From NCBI GenBank assembly GCA_052279835.1, contig CP181291.1, forward strand, positions 3,968,001-4,032,000: a DNA stretch of 64,000 bases, given 5' to 3'. Positions within the stretch are counted from its first letter, which is position 1. Each line of letters begins with the position of its first letter. Below are positions 40,651 through 51,739 of this stretch, piece by piece. The notes below the pieces were generated by a model. That model was not told where the DNA came from, did no database searches, and saw only the letters and a program-made list of their open reading frames with translations. Origin of the DNA: Microcoleus sp. (GTDB taxonomy: Bacteria > Cyanobacteriota > Cyanobacteriia > Cyanobacteriales > Microcoleaceae). A program made the translations under genes and the position numbers.

Positions 40651-40869
40651 CACAATCGCGATCTCCTATTGTCATTGCTTTTGGATTGAACACCTCCTGG
40701 GATTTTGCCTCCACGACTAACTCATAAACTTTGGCGGGTAGATTTTTTGTGGTAGAGTGGTCGGCAAAAGCCAATTTCTGCATCGCCGCCCTTGCCAAAC
40801 ACATTACAGTGCTTGATTCTCAAAAGAATTGAGGCGAAACTGGAGCGGTAAACTTTGATGCAGTAATGC

Positions 40870-41814
40870 GTGCCAATTATTTGTTGTGGTGCCTGCAAAT
40901 CGCCTGAGTTTATGGAGAAGTTTGGAGGATTTAGCGGACGGAAGAGTCAACGGCTCATATTCGCAAGGGAACGATCTAAAAGAGTTCCCTTTTGGGCTTG
41001 GCTATCTCTGTTGACAAACGGGATACTGATAGTCACTGTAGCTCAGCTTGTGCTGGGGGGACAAAACTTGTCAGAAAGCTCCCCAGCCAGTGCAGCCGTT
41101 AGTGCTGCTAGGGTTGACCAACAAATGCGCCAGCAAAATCCCCTCAAATCTGTCTCCGATCAGCCGATGGTGGGACAGCGACATAAGTGGACTTACCAGC
41201 AGTGGGTAACACAGTTAGGGAGGGAAGCTGAGGCGGTGGCAGTAAATCCACCCTCCAGGCTGAGTGTTTTGGCTGGAGATTCTTTGAGTATGTGGTTTCC
41301 GGCGAAGCTGTTGCCGATCGATCGAACTTGGCTGAATCAGGGAATTTCGGGAGAAACTTCCGTGGGTTTGCTGAAGCGGTTACAGTTGTTCGATCGCACT
41401 CAGCCGGATACCGTGTTTGTGATGATCGGGATTAACGATTTGCTGCGCGGGGCTACAGATGAAGGAATTTTGGACAACCAGCGACAGATTATTCGCGATT
41501 TACGGTGGGCTCATCCCAAGGCACAAGTGGTGGTGCAATCGATTTTGCCCCATAGCGGGGAACAAGCTACTTGGGAAAATCGCGATCGGCTGTTAGCTAT
41601 TTCTAATCATCGGATTCGGGAAATCAATCGGCGATTGAAAGAAATTGCAATTTCGGAAAATGTGTTGTATTTGGATTTGCACCCCATGTTTACAGATGCC
41701 GACGGCAACCTCTTAACCGAACTCAGCACAGATGGGCTGCACCTCAACGATCGAGGTTATTTAGTGTGGCGATCGGCTTTGCAGCTTTTTGGTCAGATGC
41801 AGTTAAAAAATTAG
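40870..41814 (+). CDS. SGNH/GDSL hydrolase
   Basis: GDSL, NQGISG, GIND and DGLH blocks; start uncertain. Confidence 0.88.
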   Translation: MPIICCGACKSPEFMEKFGGFSGRKSQRLIFARERSKRVPFWAWLSLLTNGILIVTVAQLVLGGQNLSESSPASAAVSAARVDQQMRQQNPLKSVSDQPMVGQRHKWTYQQWVTQLGREAEAVAVNPPSRLSVLAGDSLSMWFPAKLLPIDRTWLNQGISGETSVGLLKRLQLFDRTQPDTVFVMIGINDLLRGATDEGILDNQRQIIRDLRWAHPKAQVVVQSILPHSGEQATWENRDRLLAISNHRIREINRRLKEIAISENVLYLDLHPMFTDADGNLLTELSTDGLHLNDRGYLVWRSALQLFGQMQLKN

Positions 41815-41975
41815 TTATGAGTTTTTTAGTGATGAATAATTAGTAATCACAAATATTTTCCCAATTCTCCTCACCCCCCTCACCGCATTTTTCCTCTTTG
41901 CCGTCTTTACTCCCTAGTCAGGGGTGATGTCAAGTACCTGTGGATGATTAAGAAAATCTGAGAGTAGAAAATTTA

Positions 41976-41989
41976 GTATATCTGGATAC
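41976..41989 (+). promoter_or_regulatory. NtcA binding site upstream of the second amt
   Basis: Perfect GTA-N8-TAC (GTATATCTGGATAC); amt genes are canonical NtcA targets. Confidence 0.7.
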
Positions 41990-42231
41990 AGAAAAACCCA
42001 GGTCACAAATGGTGCAATCCAAAAGTCACTAAATTTGGGCCGACAGATTGACGATTTTAGATGAGTCTGCCTATCAGCAGTTGGAAAATTGAGGAGCGGG
42101 AATTATCTATTTAAGATTTGTTCCAGTCATACAGGATCTTAAAACCAAATAACTATTGCATCTAACATCCTCACATCTAAAATCGGCTCGGTCAACTCTG
42201 CAAATTACTGAGTATTAGAGGTAACACTAAC

Positions 42232-43668
42232 GTGTTCAAAAAAAGTTTAAAGATCGGACTAATTGCCATGTGGCTGTTGAGCGGGCCACTGATGAATAAT
42301 GCCTTAGCTCAAGACACTGCCCCTGCTGCTGCTGTTGCTGAACCAAACCCGATCGACACGGGCGATACAGCTTGGATGCTAGTTTCATCAGCAATGGTGC
42401 TGTTCATGACACCTGGACTAGCATTTTTCTATGGAGGACTGGTGCGATCGCGCAACGTCCTCAACACCATGATGATGAGTTTGGTGATGATGGGAATGAT
42501 CGGTGTCACGTGGACGCTGTGGGGTTACAGTTTAGCCTTTGATGTATCCATCAAAGCCCCGGAATTTGGCACAGGACTAGAAAGCTTCATCGGGGGCTTA
42601 GACTGGATGTTTTTGAACGGTGTCACAGCCGACAAAATCGATCCCGTCGGCTACGCACCGACAATTCCTCACCAAGTATTCATGGTTTATCAGATGATGT
42701 TCGCCATCATCACTCCAGCATTGATTTCTGGGGCGATCGTCGAACGAGTCACCTTTAAAACCTATTTCTGGTTCGTACTACTGTGGTCCACCTTCATCTA
42801 CTCTCCCTTAGCCCACTGGGTTTGGGGTAGAGGCTGGCTGGGGGCGATCGGCTCCCTCGACTTTGCCGGTGGCACCGTAGTACACATCAGTTCGGGCGTC
42901 TCTGCCGTAGTCGCAGCTTGGGTAATTGGACCTCGCAAAGACCATTTGAACAAACCCCACACCCCTCACAACGTCCCCTACGTGTTGCTGGGCATTGGAA
43001 TGCTGTGGTTCGGATGGTTTGGCTTCAACGGCGGTAGTGCTCTGGGTTCTGGCTCCTTGGCAACTGTAGCTTTTGTCACCACGATGATTTCTACAGCAGC
43101 AGGCGGCTTAACTTGGACAATTTTGGAATGGGTACTCCGAGGCAAACCTACAGCCGTGGGCATTGCTAGCGGTTTCCTGGCGGGATTGGTGGGCATCACT
43201 CCTGCTGCTGGTTTCGTCCTTCCCATTGGGGCGCTCATGATCGGTTCTATCACTGCGGTGTGTTGCTTCTTTGCCGTTAGCTTGCGGGTGAAACTGGGAT
43301 TTGATGATACTTTGGATACCTACCCAGTACACGGTCTTGGCGGGACTGTGGGCGCGCTGCTGACAGGCGTGTTTGCGACTAAAGCCGTTAACTCAGCCGG
43401 AAATGATGGGCTGCTGTTCGGCAATCCTGGGCTACTGGGAATTCAATTCCTCAGTGTTATAGCTACTTATGTTTTTGCTGCGGTTGGTACTTTTTTGATC
43501 CTGAAACTTCTGGGACAGTTTATGGAATTGCGAGTGCCTTCATCTGCTGAAGACCAAGGTTTGGATATTGGTCAACACGGTGAAGAAGCCTACGGCGAGG
43601 ATTTTGCTGGTGGTTTTAGTGCTTTTGAGTCTGGTTCTCCTTTTGCGCCCAAGAAGGTGGGAAGCTGA
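42232..43668 (+). CDS. amt: ammonium transporter (AmtB type)
   Basis: MTPGLAFFYGG, FAIITPALISGA, DFAGGTVVH and WFGFNGGS motifs. Confidence 0.95.
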   Translation: MFKKSLKIGLIAMWLLSGPLMNNALAQDTAPAAAVAEPNPIDTGDTAWMLVSSAMVLFMTPGLAFFYGGLVRSRNVLNTMMMSLVMMGMIGVTWTLWGYSLAFDVSIKAPEFGTGLESFIGGLDWMFLNGVTADKIDPVGYAPTIPHQVFMVYQMMFAIITPALISGAIVERVTFKTYFWFVLLWSTFIYSPLAHWVWGRGWLGAIGSLDFAGGTVVHISSGVSAVVAAWVIGPRKDHLNKPHTPHNVPYVLLGIGMLWFGWFGFNGGSALGSGSLATVAFVTTMISTAAGGLTWTILEWVLRGKPTAVGIASGFLAGLVGITPAAGFVLPIGALMIGSITAVCCFFAVSLRVKLGFDDTLDTYPVHGLGGTVGALLTGVFATKAVNSAGNDGLLFGNPGLLGIQFLSVIATYVFAAVGTFLILKLLGQFMELRVPSSAEDQGLDIGQHGEEAYGEDFAGGFSAFESGSPFAPKKVGS

Positions 43669-43695
43669 TTTTTTAGCTCAGTTCGATCGACTTTA

Positions 43696-43734
43696 GCCTA
43701 GAGACGCAGGTATCTGCCTCTCTGGGCTTTTTTT
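43696..43734 (+). terminator. rho-independent terminator
   Basis: gcctagaga.gcag-gtat-ctgc.tctctgggc followed by a T-run. Confidence 0.75.
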
Positions 43735-44093
43735 AAGTTTTTTTTAACGAACCGCGAAGACGCACGCCAAGAGCGCGAAGAAGGAAGAGGAGGAAGAAGG
43801 TTGAAAGCAGAGAATGATGCGTTGCTGTTCTACTTGTTCGCCCAAGTGTCTCTTTCTTCTTCCTTCGTGTCCTTCGCGTCTTCGCGGTTGAGTCGTTCTT
43901 CCCTGTTTTGGCGCTTTTTTTTAAGTTTTTTTTAACGAACCGCGAAGACGCCAAGAGCGCGAAGAAGGAAGAGGAAGAAGGTTGAAAGCAGAGAATGATG
44001 CGTTGCTGTTCTACTTGTTCGCCCAAGTGTCTCTTTCTTCTTCCTTCGTGTCCTTCGCGTCTTCGCGGTTGAGTCGTTCTTCCCTGTTTTGGC
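43726..44093 (-). repeat. two tandem 187/181-bp units, each an internally deleted copy of the adjacent GxxExxY gene with its inverted arms
   Basis: Units 43726-43912 and 43913-44093; a third unit starts at 44094 and contains the full gene. Confidence 0.9.
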
Positions 44094-44163
44094 GCTTTTT
44101 TTTAAGTTTTTTTTAACGAACCGCGAAGACGCCAAGAGCGCGAAGAAGGAAGAGGAGGAAGGG

Positions 44164-44598
44164 TTAAGATGTGAGAATTATGCGTTTGATGCCTTCTTTG
44201 AGGATCGGAACGTTGAAGTTGATCAGAAGGCCTAGGCTGTTTTTGGTCATTTTAAGATAGGAGATAACTTGGGCTTCATGGATGGGAGTTAGCTTTTCGA
44301 CAGCTTTTAGTTCGACAATTAGGATATCCCCAACCAGAAAGTCTAATTGACCTTTGCCTACTGGATAACCTTTGTAGGTTATTGCTACTGGCTTTTTAGG
44401 TTGACAAGGTATCCCCCGTATCCGAAATTCAATTTCTAAGGATTCCTGGTACACTGACTCTAAAAATCCTGGCCCCGTCAGCCGATGCACCTCAATCGCC
44501 GCTCCAATCGCTCTATAGGCTAACTGTTCTACCTGTTCGCCCAGTTGTCTAATTCTTCTTTCTTCTTCCTTCGCGTCCTTCGTGTCTTCGTGGTTCAT
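44164..44598 (-). CDS. GxxExxY family protein (PD-(D/E)XK-like nuclease)
   Basis: AIEVHR..GPGFLESVY, DFLV..ILIVELKAV, HEAQVISYLK and GLLINFN motifs. Confidence 0.93.
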   Translation of the reverse strand: MNHEDTKDAKEEERRIRQLGEQVEQLAYRAIGAAIEVHRLTGPGFLESVYQESLEIEFRIRGIPCQPKKPVAITYKGYPVGKGQLDFLVGDILIVELKAVEKLTPIHEAQVISYLKMTKNSLGLLINFNVPILKEGIKRIILTS

Positions 44599-44732
44599 TC
44601 CTTCTTTCCTTTCAATCCGTCGATCGTACAAATATCATATCCCCTCTTCCCTTCGATCGGCCGATCGTCCCGATCGCACCCCACCCGTTCTAAAATTAAA
44701 GGTAATTAACCTTAATTTGAAATAGACACACC

Positions 44733-45938
44733 ATGGATACTAAAGCTTTTAAGCGATCGCTACAACAGTCGGAAAATTACCACCGTAAGGGTTTTGGTCA
44801 TGAAGCTGAGGTTACGCAGGTGATGCAAACGGCTTATCAAAGCAGTCTGATTCAGGAAATTCGGGACAATAATTACAGGCTGGAACGCGGGGATGTCACT
44901 ATTCGGTTGGCCGAGGCTTTTGGTTTTTGCTGGGGTGTGGAACGCGCTGTAGCTATTGCTTACGAAACTCGTCAACATTTCCCTACAGAACGGATTTGGA
45001 TTACTAATGAGATTATTCATAATCCTTCTGTGAATCAACATTTGCGGGATATGGCAGTTGGTTTTATTGCTGTTAATTCAGGTGAAAAAGATTTTTCGGT
45101 GGTGGATAGTGGTGATGTGGTAATTTTACCGGCTTTTGGGGCTAGCGTTCAAGAAATGCAGTTGCTCAATGATAAGGGCTGCAAGATTGTTGATACAACT
45201 TGTCCTTGGGTTTCTAAGGTTTGGAATACTGTTGAGAAGCACAAAAAGAAGGATTATACTTCGATTATTCACGGTCAGTACAACCATGAAGAAACTGTGG
45301 CGACGAGTTCTTTTGCTGATAAATATTTGATTGTTCTGAATTTGGAACAAGCTGAATATGTCAGCGATTATATCATTAATGGTGGCGATCGCCATGAGTT
45401 TTTGGCGAAGTTTAGCAAGGCTTATTCGGCTGGTTTTGACCCGGATGTGGATTTAGCACGGGTTGGTATTGCTAACCAAACTACTATGCTCAAAACAGAG
45501 ACGGAGCAGATTGGTAAGTTGTTTGAAAAGACTATGATGCGTAAGTTTGGACCGGATAAGTTGAACGACCATTTTTTGAGTTTTAATACTATTTGTGATG
45601 CTACTCAAGAACGCCAAGATGCTATGTTGAGTTTGGTTGAGGAAAAGTTGGATTTGATGGTGGTCATTGGGGGTTTTAATTCTTCTAATACTACTCACTT
45701 GCAGGAAATTGCGGTCGATCGCACTATTCCTTCTTATCACATTGATTCTGCAGAACGCATTCTACCAGGCAATCGGATCGAACACAAGCCTTTGGGGGCT
45801 GATTTAGCGATCGCTGAAGGCTGGTTGCCGGAGGGTAAGATTGTGGTGGGTGTGACTTCTGGTGCTTCGACACCGGATAAGGTGGTGGAGGATGCGATCG
45901 AACGTATTTTTCACAGCAGTATGGTTGCTGTTGGTTGA
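44733..45938 (+). CDS. ispH: 4-hydroxy-3-methylbut-2-enyl diphosphate reductase
   Basis: [30 protein letters not shown] and TSGASTP motifs. Confidence 0.97.
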   Translation: MDTKAFKRSLQQSENYHRKGFGHEAEVTQVMQTAYQSSLIQEIRDNNYRLERGDVTIRLAEAFGFCWGVERAVAIAYETRQHFPTERIWITNEIIHNPSVNQHLRDMAVGFIAVNSGEKDFSVVDSGDVVILPAFGASVQEMQLLNDKGCKIVDTTCPWVSKVWNTVEKHKKKDYTSIIHGQYNHEETVATSSFADKYLIVLNLEQAEYVSDYIINGGDRHEFLAKFSKAYSAGFDPDVDLARVGIANQTTMLKTETEQIGKLFEKTMMRKFGPDKLNDHFLSFNTICDATQERQDAMLSLVEEKLDLMVVIGGFNSSNTTHLQEIAVDRTIPSYHIDSAERILPGNRIEHKPLGADLAIAEGWLPEGKIVVGVTSGASTPDKVVEDAIERIFHSSMVAVG

Positions 45939-46060
45939 TGCCAACCTCAAACCACAGAATATCTAGGTATCGGACTGCTTCAATAAATCTGGTACCTGAT
46001 ATCCAGTCTTGCTATGGCTTAGGTTAAAATGCTACAATACTTAAAAAATATGGTAGTTAG

Positions 46061-46558
46061 GTGGACAAACTTCAGGCAGAGATAGAGGCAATTTGCTCTC
46101 AAATTGAAACGCTACGACGGGAGCGCCAGCAGATTAGTATTGCCGCGATCGCCCCAGTAGGTGATTCCCCTCAAGCCATCGCCGATGCTTACCGCCGTCA
46201 CGCGAGGGAAACAGCACAAGTGTCGGCAGAAATCAAGGGGATAGATGATGCGATCGCCGCTTTGTCTTCTCAATTGAGTCACATGGAAAACCACTCGGTT
46301 CAGGTGCGAAAATTAAGTCCGATGGAACAGCAAGTGGCAGAGGGTAGAAATCTCGCTCGCACTCATGCTGAACGGATTAATGAATTGGCTGCGGAATTGG
46401 CGCAGGAGGTGAAAGGGCTTAAGGCGATCGCCGACCAAATCAGCCCCAGCTATTGGCAGGTATATTACAAGCCTTTTATTACAGGTTTTAAAAGTATTTC
46501 TGTTCCTTATGTGCGATCGGACGGCGATGTTTGGACGATCGTCAATCGAGTCGTTTAG
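46061..46558 (+). CDS. coiled-coil hypothetical protein
   Basis: 165-aa ORF with heptad pattern. Confidence 0.7.
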   Translation: MDKLQAEIEAICSQIETLRRERQQISIAAIAPVGDSPQAIADAYRRHARETAQVSAEIKGIDDAIAALSSQLSHMENHSVQVRKLSPMEQQVAEGRNLARTHAERINELAAELAQEVKGLKAIADQISPSYWQVYYKPFITGFKSISVPYVRSDGDVWTIVNRVV

Positions 46559-46642
46559 AATGTTGAATCAATCCTCATGCACTCCCTCCAGCAAGAATTC
46601 AAACTCAACAATTCTGAAGGTAATTTCATAGCATCACATTCA

Positions 46643-47473
46643 TTAAACAGCAGTCAAAACATCGGCGAGTTTAACATGACCGCTGTTAATCACTTTGGCT
46701 AACACACCAGTTTGTGCGTGACCGAATTCTTGTTGCAGTAAACTGAGTAACGCCATATCCCGATCGCCCGTTTCTGGATTCACTTCTATATTGACACAGC
46801 GACCAATTCGTGCTGTAACTTCAATTAGTGCCTTACCTAGTTGAAACTGTTGACCAATTAACTCAAATTCTGACCAAGGTGCCATACCTTCTAGGACAAT
46901 ATTCGGGCGAAATCGGGCTACATCAATGTGGCTACCGGCCCTTGCTGTTAATTGGTCTAGTGTTGCTTGACTGAGTAAAGAAATATGTACGGGTTCTCTG
47001 TCAGGATAGCGAGTTTCGCCACTACTATTTCCTGCTAAATACAAAGGTGAGCGTTGCGGGTGTCTGGCTTCCTTGGTGGGTTCAATGGTGGCTAGATATT
47101 CGGTAAAAAAGCTGCTGATGCGATCGCGCCCCGCTACTGTATTGGTTGCTGCTGTTAATACTTCCACTCCTCGATGCTTAACTGTTAAAACTGCTGTTTC
47201 GGGTTCATACTCACAGGATAGGGCTGCTAAAGCCGGCCAATCGTTTTGGACAGCAAAATGTTTTTTGCTCATCCAAGGCAAATTTTCGGTGAGGTTTTTT
47301 TCAGTTTCAATATAATCTGCAAAGATTAAGGCAAAAGCTCGATCGCCCTTAATGCCGTGTCCTGATGTTAAGTCCAAGTCAGACATTGGTTGCGGTGTGA
47401 GACCTTTAATGGGGTAAGTAAATAATTGTTTTATGGTTGGTGTTGTCATTTTGTTAAGACCCGGTAAATTCAA
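46643..47473 (-). CDS. MOSC domain protein
   Basis: YPIKG, GDRAFAL, RFRPNIV and RC motifs; start may be 47449. Confidence 0.88.
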   Translation of the reverse strand: MNLPGLNKMTTPTIKQLFTYPIKGLTPQPMSDLDLTSGHGIKGDRAFALIFADYIETEKNLTENLPWMSKKHFAVQNDWPALAALSCEYEPETAVLTVKHRGVEVLTAATNTVAGRDRISSFFTEYLATIEPTKEARHPQRSPLYLAGNSSGETRYPDREPVHISLLSQATLDQLTARAGSHIDVARFRPNIVLEGMAPWSEFELIGQQFQLGKALIEVTARIGRCVNIEVNPETGDRDMALLSLLQQEFGHAQTGVLAKVINSGHVKLADVLTAV

Positions 47474-47527
47474 CTATGAGGAAAAAAATGGGTTACTAAC
47501 AGGAATAAATTAGATTTCAACAGTAGC

Positions 47528-47827
47528 TCAAGCTAGCAATTCATAGCGACGGATATCTGGCGGTGCAACTGCTAAACCTTCTAATTTCATGACAGCCTCT
47601 TGAATGTGATTTGAAGCCAGATGTAGTTCCAGTAAATCGGAGCTTTCCCACTCTTCAACAAAGGTAAAATCAGTGGGGTCTGCCTGATTTTGCAGCAGTT
47701 CGTATTTGATGCAGCCCGGTTCTTGGCGAGTTGGCTCCATAATGCTCAGTAACAGGGATTTAAGTTCGGCTACTTTTTCGGGAAAGGCGACGAGGCGTGC
47801 GACTACTCGCAAGGTTGGTTGTGACAT
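47528..47827 (-). CDS. antibiotic biosynthesis monooxygenase (YgiN-like) family
   Basis: TRQEPGCIKYEL and FTFVEEWES...H motifs. Confidence 0.88.
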   Translation of the reverse strand: MSQPTLRVVARLVAFPEKVAELKSLLLSIMEPTRQEPGCIKYELLQNQADPTDFTFVEEWESSDLLELHLASNHIQEAVMKLEGLAVAPPDIRRYELLA

Positions 47828-47875
47828 AGGAGCTAGGAAAAAAGAGAAGTACAAATAATATGATACCTTCTGGTC

Positions 47876-48562
47876 TTAATCTTTGGGATAAAAGCGCTTA
47901 TTTTTGATAGAATATTCCCAGGCGATCGCCTCTGGGTCTTTTTCGCTGCTCCACTGGGCAAACTCTGGCTTGAGTTTCCACTTACCGATGGTGCTAGCGT
48001 GAACTTTAAATCTGCGGGATAGTTCGGTCTGGGTAAAAGATATTTTGGGATTGGTAGTGGCTTTTTTGGGGGAAATGGGGAATAAATCAGGACTTTTAAT
48101 TGAGACTTTTTGCGGATTTGTTTCTGCTGCTTTGACAGGAATTTCTCCGATTTCCCCAGGAATTGTTTCGGCTAGATTCCCAGTAGGAGCTATTTGGAAA
48201 TAATACAAGATTCCACCTTGCTCAGTCACTTCAAAATCTGCTCCAAACTCAGAGGCGCGCTCGTCTAGATACTCTTGAACTTTGGCTCCAGGGAGTTTGG
48301 CATTCATCGCCAAATCCAAAGCAGTGACTCGCCCTTGATTTTCCTTGATTAATCGGTAGAAAACTGAGTCTAAATGAGCCAGTTTATGTTTTTGTTGCTG
48401 CTGGTAGAGCTTGTAAGCCCAGCCCATACCCGCGGCGGCTGCGATCGTCCAAAACATCCCTCCCGACTCAAAACTGGCAACCGCCGTTAAGGAAATAGGC
48501 AAAAGTAGGGTAAGATATCCCCAAATGTTACCTTTCTGTAGGTTATTGCTGTTTTTTACCAT
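47876..48562 (-). CDS. membrane-anchored hypothetical protein
   Basis: Two hydrophobic segments; GRVT.LDLAM..A.EFGADFEV.E.G motif. Confidence 0.7.
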   Translation of the reverse strand: MVKNSNNLQKGNIWGYLTLLLPISLTAVASFESGGMFWTIAAAAGMGWAYKLYQQQQKHKLAHLDSVFYRLIKENQGRVTALDLAMNAKLPGAKVQEYLDERASEFGADFEVTEQGGILYYFQIAPTGNLAETIPGEIGEIPVKAAETNPQKVSIKSPDLFPISPKKATTNPKISFTQTELSRRFKVHASTIGKWKLKPEFAQWSSEKDPEAIAWEYSIKNKRFYPKD

Positions 48563-48592
48563 AGTTCCTAAATAGGGACGTAGTGAGGATTA

Positions 48593-49078
48593 ATGTACTT
48601 TTTACCAAAACAAATTGCCATCATTCCGCTGGTTGCTGCTTGCTGTTTGTTAACTGTTAGTTGCCAAAAAGATGACCGAGTTGTCGAATGTACTAAATTG
48701 ACAGAAATTGTCACTAAAGGCAACGCACTGATTGAAACTAAAAAAGACAGCAACGATACAGGGACTACCAAGAACTTAGCTAAAGACTTAAACCAGACAT
48801 CGAAAGAATTAGAGTCTCTGACACTGACAGACACCAACCTCAAAGAATTGCAGAGTCAGTCAGTTAAATCGTTCCGGGAAATGGGTCAAGCAATTCGAGA
48901 CATAGGCAAAGCTCTTGAGGCGGGAAATCGTGCTTCTACAAGTATAGAAGGTCGAGAGCAAATCCGAAAAGCTCAAGCAGATATTATCAAAGCTGGACAG
49001 CAAGCGAATGATGCCGCAGCAGCTCAAGATGCTATGACTGAGAAACTGATTAATTACTGTAAGAGCAAAACTCAATGA
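48593..49078 (+). CDS. putative lipoprotein
   Basis: Lipobox TVSC; helical body. Confidence 0.7.
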   Translation: MYFLPKQIAIIPLVAACCLLTVSCQKDDRVVECTKLTEIVTKGNALIETKKDSNDTGTTKNLAKDLNQTSKELESLTLTDTNLKELQSQSVKSFREMGQAIRDIGKALEAGNRASTSIEGREQIRKAQADIIKAGQQANDAAAAQDAMTEKLINYCKSKTQ

Positions 49079-49566
49079 TGGATTTCTAAATTCAAAATAT
49101 ATCGACCTAGTTGCACTTTTTCCGACCACAGTTCGTATTCTAATCTCAGGTGTTCCGGTTCCGGCTTTCCTGTGAGAATTAATTGGCGGGTGAAGTTGCG
49201 AAGCCGTAACTGTTCAGGAGTTACTAGAGATTCTCCCTGAAGCCAATAACGACTCAGGCCGTACATCCCTCGCTCCCAGCAGTGACGGTAACTGTATTTG
49301 CCGTTTCCTTGCATAGTCATCACTACTCGATAGGGGGAAACTTCTAGCCACAGCAACCGCGGTTTTGTAGTAGTTGGTAAGATAGAAACTGGTTCGTTCG
49401 AGCTATCGTTAAATGTGCGATCGAGTACGGCTGGTTCGTGTAACAATAAGTGAAAGCGATCGGTGTCTTTTTGATACAGTGTACCAGCAGTTTCAACGAC
49501 TGACCATAGGGGTAAATCTGTGGATATCAGTGATAGACTTACAGGCTTGCGGTGATGCGTCAGCAT
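49072..49566 (-). CDS. cyanobacterial hypothetical protein
   Basis: 164-aa ORF with natural composition. Confidence 0.7.
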   Translation of the reverse strand: MLTHHRKPVSLSLISTDLPLWSVVETAGTLYQKDTDRFHLLLHEPAVLDRTFNDSSNEPVSILPTTTKPRLLWLEVSPYRVVMTMQGNGKYSYRHCWERGMYGLSRYWLQGESLVTPEQLRLRNFTRQLILTGKPEPEHLRLEYELWSEKVQLGRYILNLEIHH

Positions 49567-49690
49567 AATAATAAAAAATCTAGAATTTGTGATGGAAGAT
49601 CGAAGGATGGAAGTCAGAAGATTTTGTCTGATACCTCAAAAATGTAACATGGGCGATCGCAAATCTCCAATTGTGTCGATCGTCATTCAA

Positions 49691-49718
49691 AAGTTAACAG
49701 TTTGTAAATTTAGGTAAA
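49691..49718 (-). promoter_or_regulatory. possible HLR1-like (RpaB) direct repeats
   Basis: Minus strand TTTACCTA-aa-TTTACAAA-ct-GTTAACTT, 10-bp period. Confidence 0.3.
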
Positions 49719-49833
49719 TACACGGATAGAAATTGTAAATTTTTCGTAATATTTGGATTTTTTGTGTACATTACTGACTAATGACTAGGAAGACGCTAGG
49801 ATAACTAACGCCATCTCATCACAGTTTATCTCA

Positions 49834-51189
49834 ATGCAAGCTGCCATTATAACCACTACCCAAATCGGCGAAAGTCAAACTTTAAGCATTCAAAAACCCG
49901 CCTCTGGCTGGTCGCTACAAGGTCGGATTCGGATTCCTGGCGATAAATCAATTTCTCACCGAGCTTTGATGTTGGGTGCGATCGCCCACGGTGAAACAAC
50001 TATTGAGGGCCTGCTGCTGGGAGAAGACCCCCGGAGCACTGCTAAATGTTTCTCACTCCTGGGAGCGAAAGTTTCGGAACTAAACACGGAGTTGGTCACA
50101 GTCGAGGGTGTGGGAATTGGCGCATTAGAGGAGCCTGTGGAAGTCTTGGATGCGGGTAATTCGGGCACGACGATGCGGTTGATGTTGGGGATTTTAGCCT
50201 CTCATCCAGGGCGTTTTTTTGCAGTGACGGGGGACAGTTCCCTGCGATCGCGCCCCATGTCCCGTGTCATTAAACCGCTGCAACAAATGGGAGCACAAAT
50301 TTGGGGGCGACGAAATAATTCTCTAGCACCTTTAGCGGTACTTGGACAGCAATTAAAAGGGATTCACTACCATTCCCCCATCGCCTCGGCTCAAGTTAAA
50401 TCTTGTATTCTACTGGCCGGTTTGATGGCCCAGGGAGAAACGACGGTTACAGAACCGGCTTTGTCACGAGATCATAGCGAACGGATGTTGCAAGCTTTTG
50501 GAGCCAAATTAACAGTAGATCCTGAAACTTGCAGCGTTACAGTGACAGGTTCTGCTCAACTCCAAGGGCAGAAAGTAATTGTACCAGGAGATATCAGTTC
50601 GGCGGCTTTTTGGTTAGTTGCTGGGGCGATCGTCCCTGGTTCCGAGTTAGTAGTGGAAAATGTCGGTATCAACCCAACTCGTACAGGCATTTTGGAAGCT
50701 TTAGAAATGATGGGAGCTCACGTTGAACTGCAAAATCAGCGGGTGGCGGCTGGGGAACCGGTAGCCGATATTTTGGTGAAGAGTTCCGCCCAGTTGCGGG
50801 GATGCACCATTGCTGGTGACTTAATTCCCCGACTGATTGACGAAATTCCGATTTTGGCAGTAGCGGCAACTTTTGCATCTGGTACAACCATCATTCGGGA
50901 TGCGGCCGAGTTGCGTGTCAAAGAGAGCGATCGGCTAGCTGTGACTGCGACGGAACTCAACCGCATGGGTGCTCAAATTACCGAGTTACCCGACGGTTTG
51001 GAAATTACTGGAGGAACTTCTTTAACCGGCGCTGATGTTGATAGTTACACAGACCATAGAATCGCGATGAGTTTAGCGATCGCAGCCCTGAATGCCAGGG
51101 GTACTACTAATATTCACCGAGCCGAAGCTGCGGCTATTTCCTACCCAGATTTTACCGCTACTTTGCAACAAATTTGCCATCCAAATTAA
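49834..51189 (+). CDS. aroA: 3-phosphoshikimate 1-carboxyvinyltransferase
   Basis: [31 protein letters not shown] and DHRIAM motifs. Confidence 0.97.
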   Translation: MQAAIITTTQIGESQTLSIQKPASGWSLQGRIRIPGDKSISHRALMLGAIAHGETTIEGLLLGEDPRSTAKCFSLLGAKVSELNTELVTVEGVGIGALEEPVEVLDAGNSGTTMRLMLGILASHPGRFFAVTGDSSLRSRPMSRVIKPLQQMGAQIWGRRNNSLAPLAVLGQQLKGIHYHSPIASAQVKSCILLAGLMAQGETTVTEPALSRDHSERMLQAFGAKLTVDPETCSVTVTGSAQLQGQKVIVPGDISSAAFWLVAGAIVPGSELVVENVGINPTRTGILEALEMMGAHVELQNQRVAAGEPVADILVKSSAQLRGCTIAGDLIPRLIDEIPILAVAATFASGTTIIRDAAELRVKESDRLAVTATELNRMGAQITELPDGLEITGGTSLTGADVDSYTDHRIAMSLAIAALNARGTTNIHRAEAAAISYPDFTATLQQICHPN

Positions 51190-51194
51190 CAATA

Positions 51195-51295
51195 GTTATT
51201 GGTTATTGGTTATTGGTTATTTGTTGTTGGTTATTTGTCATTGGTTATTGGTTATTTGTTGTTACAACTAACCACTAACCACTAACCAATAACTA
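51195..51295. repeat. inverted heptamer repeat arrays (ggttatt)n / (taaccac)n between convergent genes
   Basis: Visible 7-bp periodicity. Confidence 0.8.
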
Positions 51296-51301
51296 CTCCC
51301 T

Positions 51302-51739
51302 TTAAGAATCTTTGCCGATAACTTGTTCTTTTAAAGATTCTATTTCTGCTAGCAATTCTTGGCGATCGGAAGCTTTGAGCAAATAGCGGTAAACAAACCA
51401 ACCTGCATATCCAATGCCGATCAATTCAAAAGTTGGGGCTACCAAAGGCACCTCATTCAAAGCACTGAGTACAGCCAGGGTTACTTTGACACTTACGGCA
51501 CCTGTCAAAATTAAACCCACGGTGACGATCGGCTTTTGATATTCGGCGAAAAAATTAGATACATAGACTGGCAGTTCTGACAAAATAGTCAAAACTTGGT
51601 CTTTAATATCTTGGAACTGTCCTACCGTGGTGTCTGGGGTTTCGATTTTCGCGATCGCACCTGGTTTCTCAATTACCATGTCGATTTTGGTGACTTCAGT
51701 GATTGTTTTTGTTTCTTCGGCAAAATTATCCTGTGTCAT
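51302..51739 (-). CDS. CAAD domain protein (CurT/CURT1-like)
   Basis: LNEVPLVAPTFELIGIGY.GWFVYRYLL...DRQEL motif. Confidence 0.88.
   Translation of the reverse strand: MTQDNFAEETKTITEVTKIDMVIEKPGAIAKIETPDTTVGQFQDIKDQVLTILSELPVYVSNFFAEYQKPIVTVGLILTGAVSVKVTLAVLSALNEVPLVAPTFELIGIGYAGWFVYRYLLKASDRQELLAEIESLKEQVIGKDS

Noticed and set aside
43733..44135. ORFs within the 181-187-bp tandem units
   Set aside because: Translations of repeat DNA and the deleted gene remnants.
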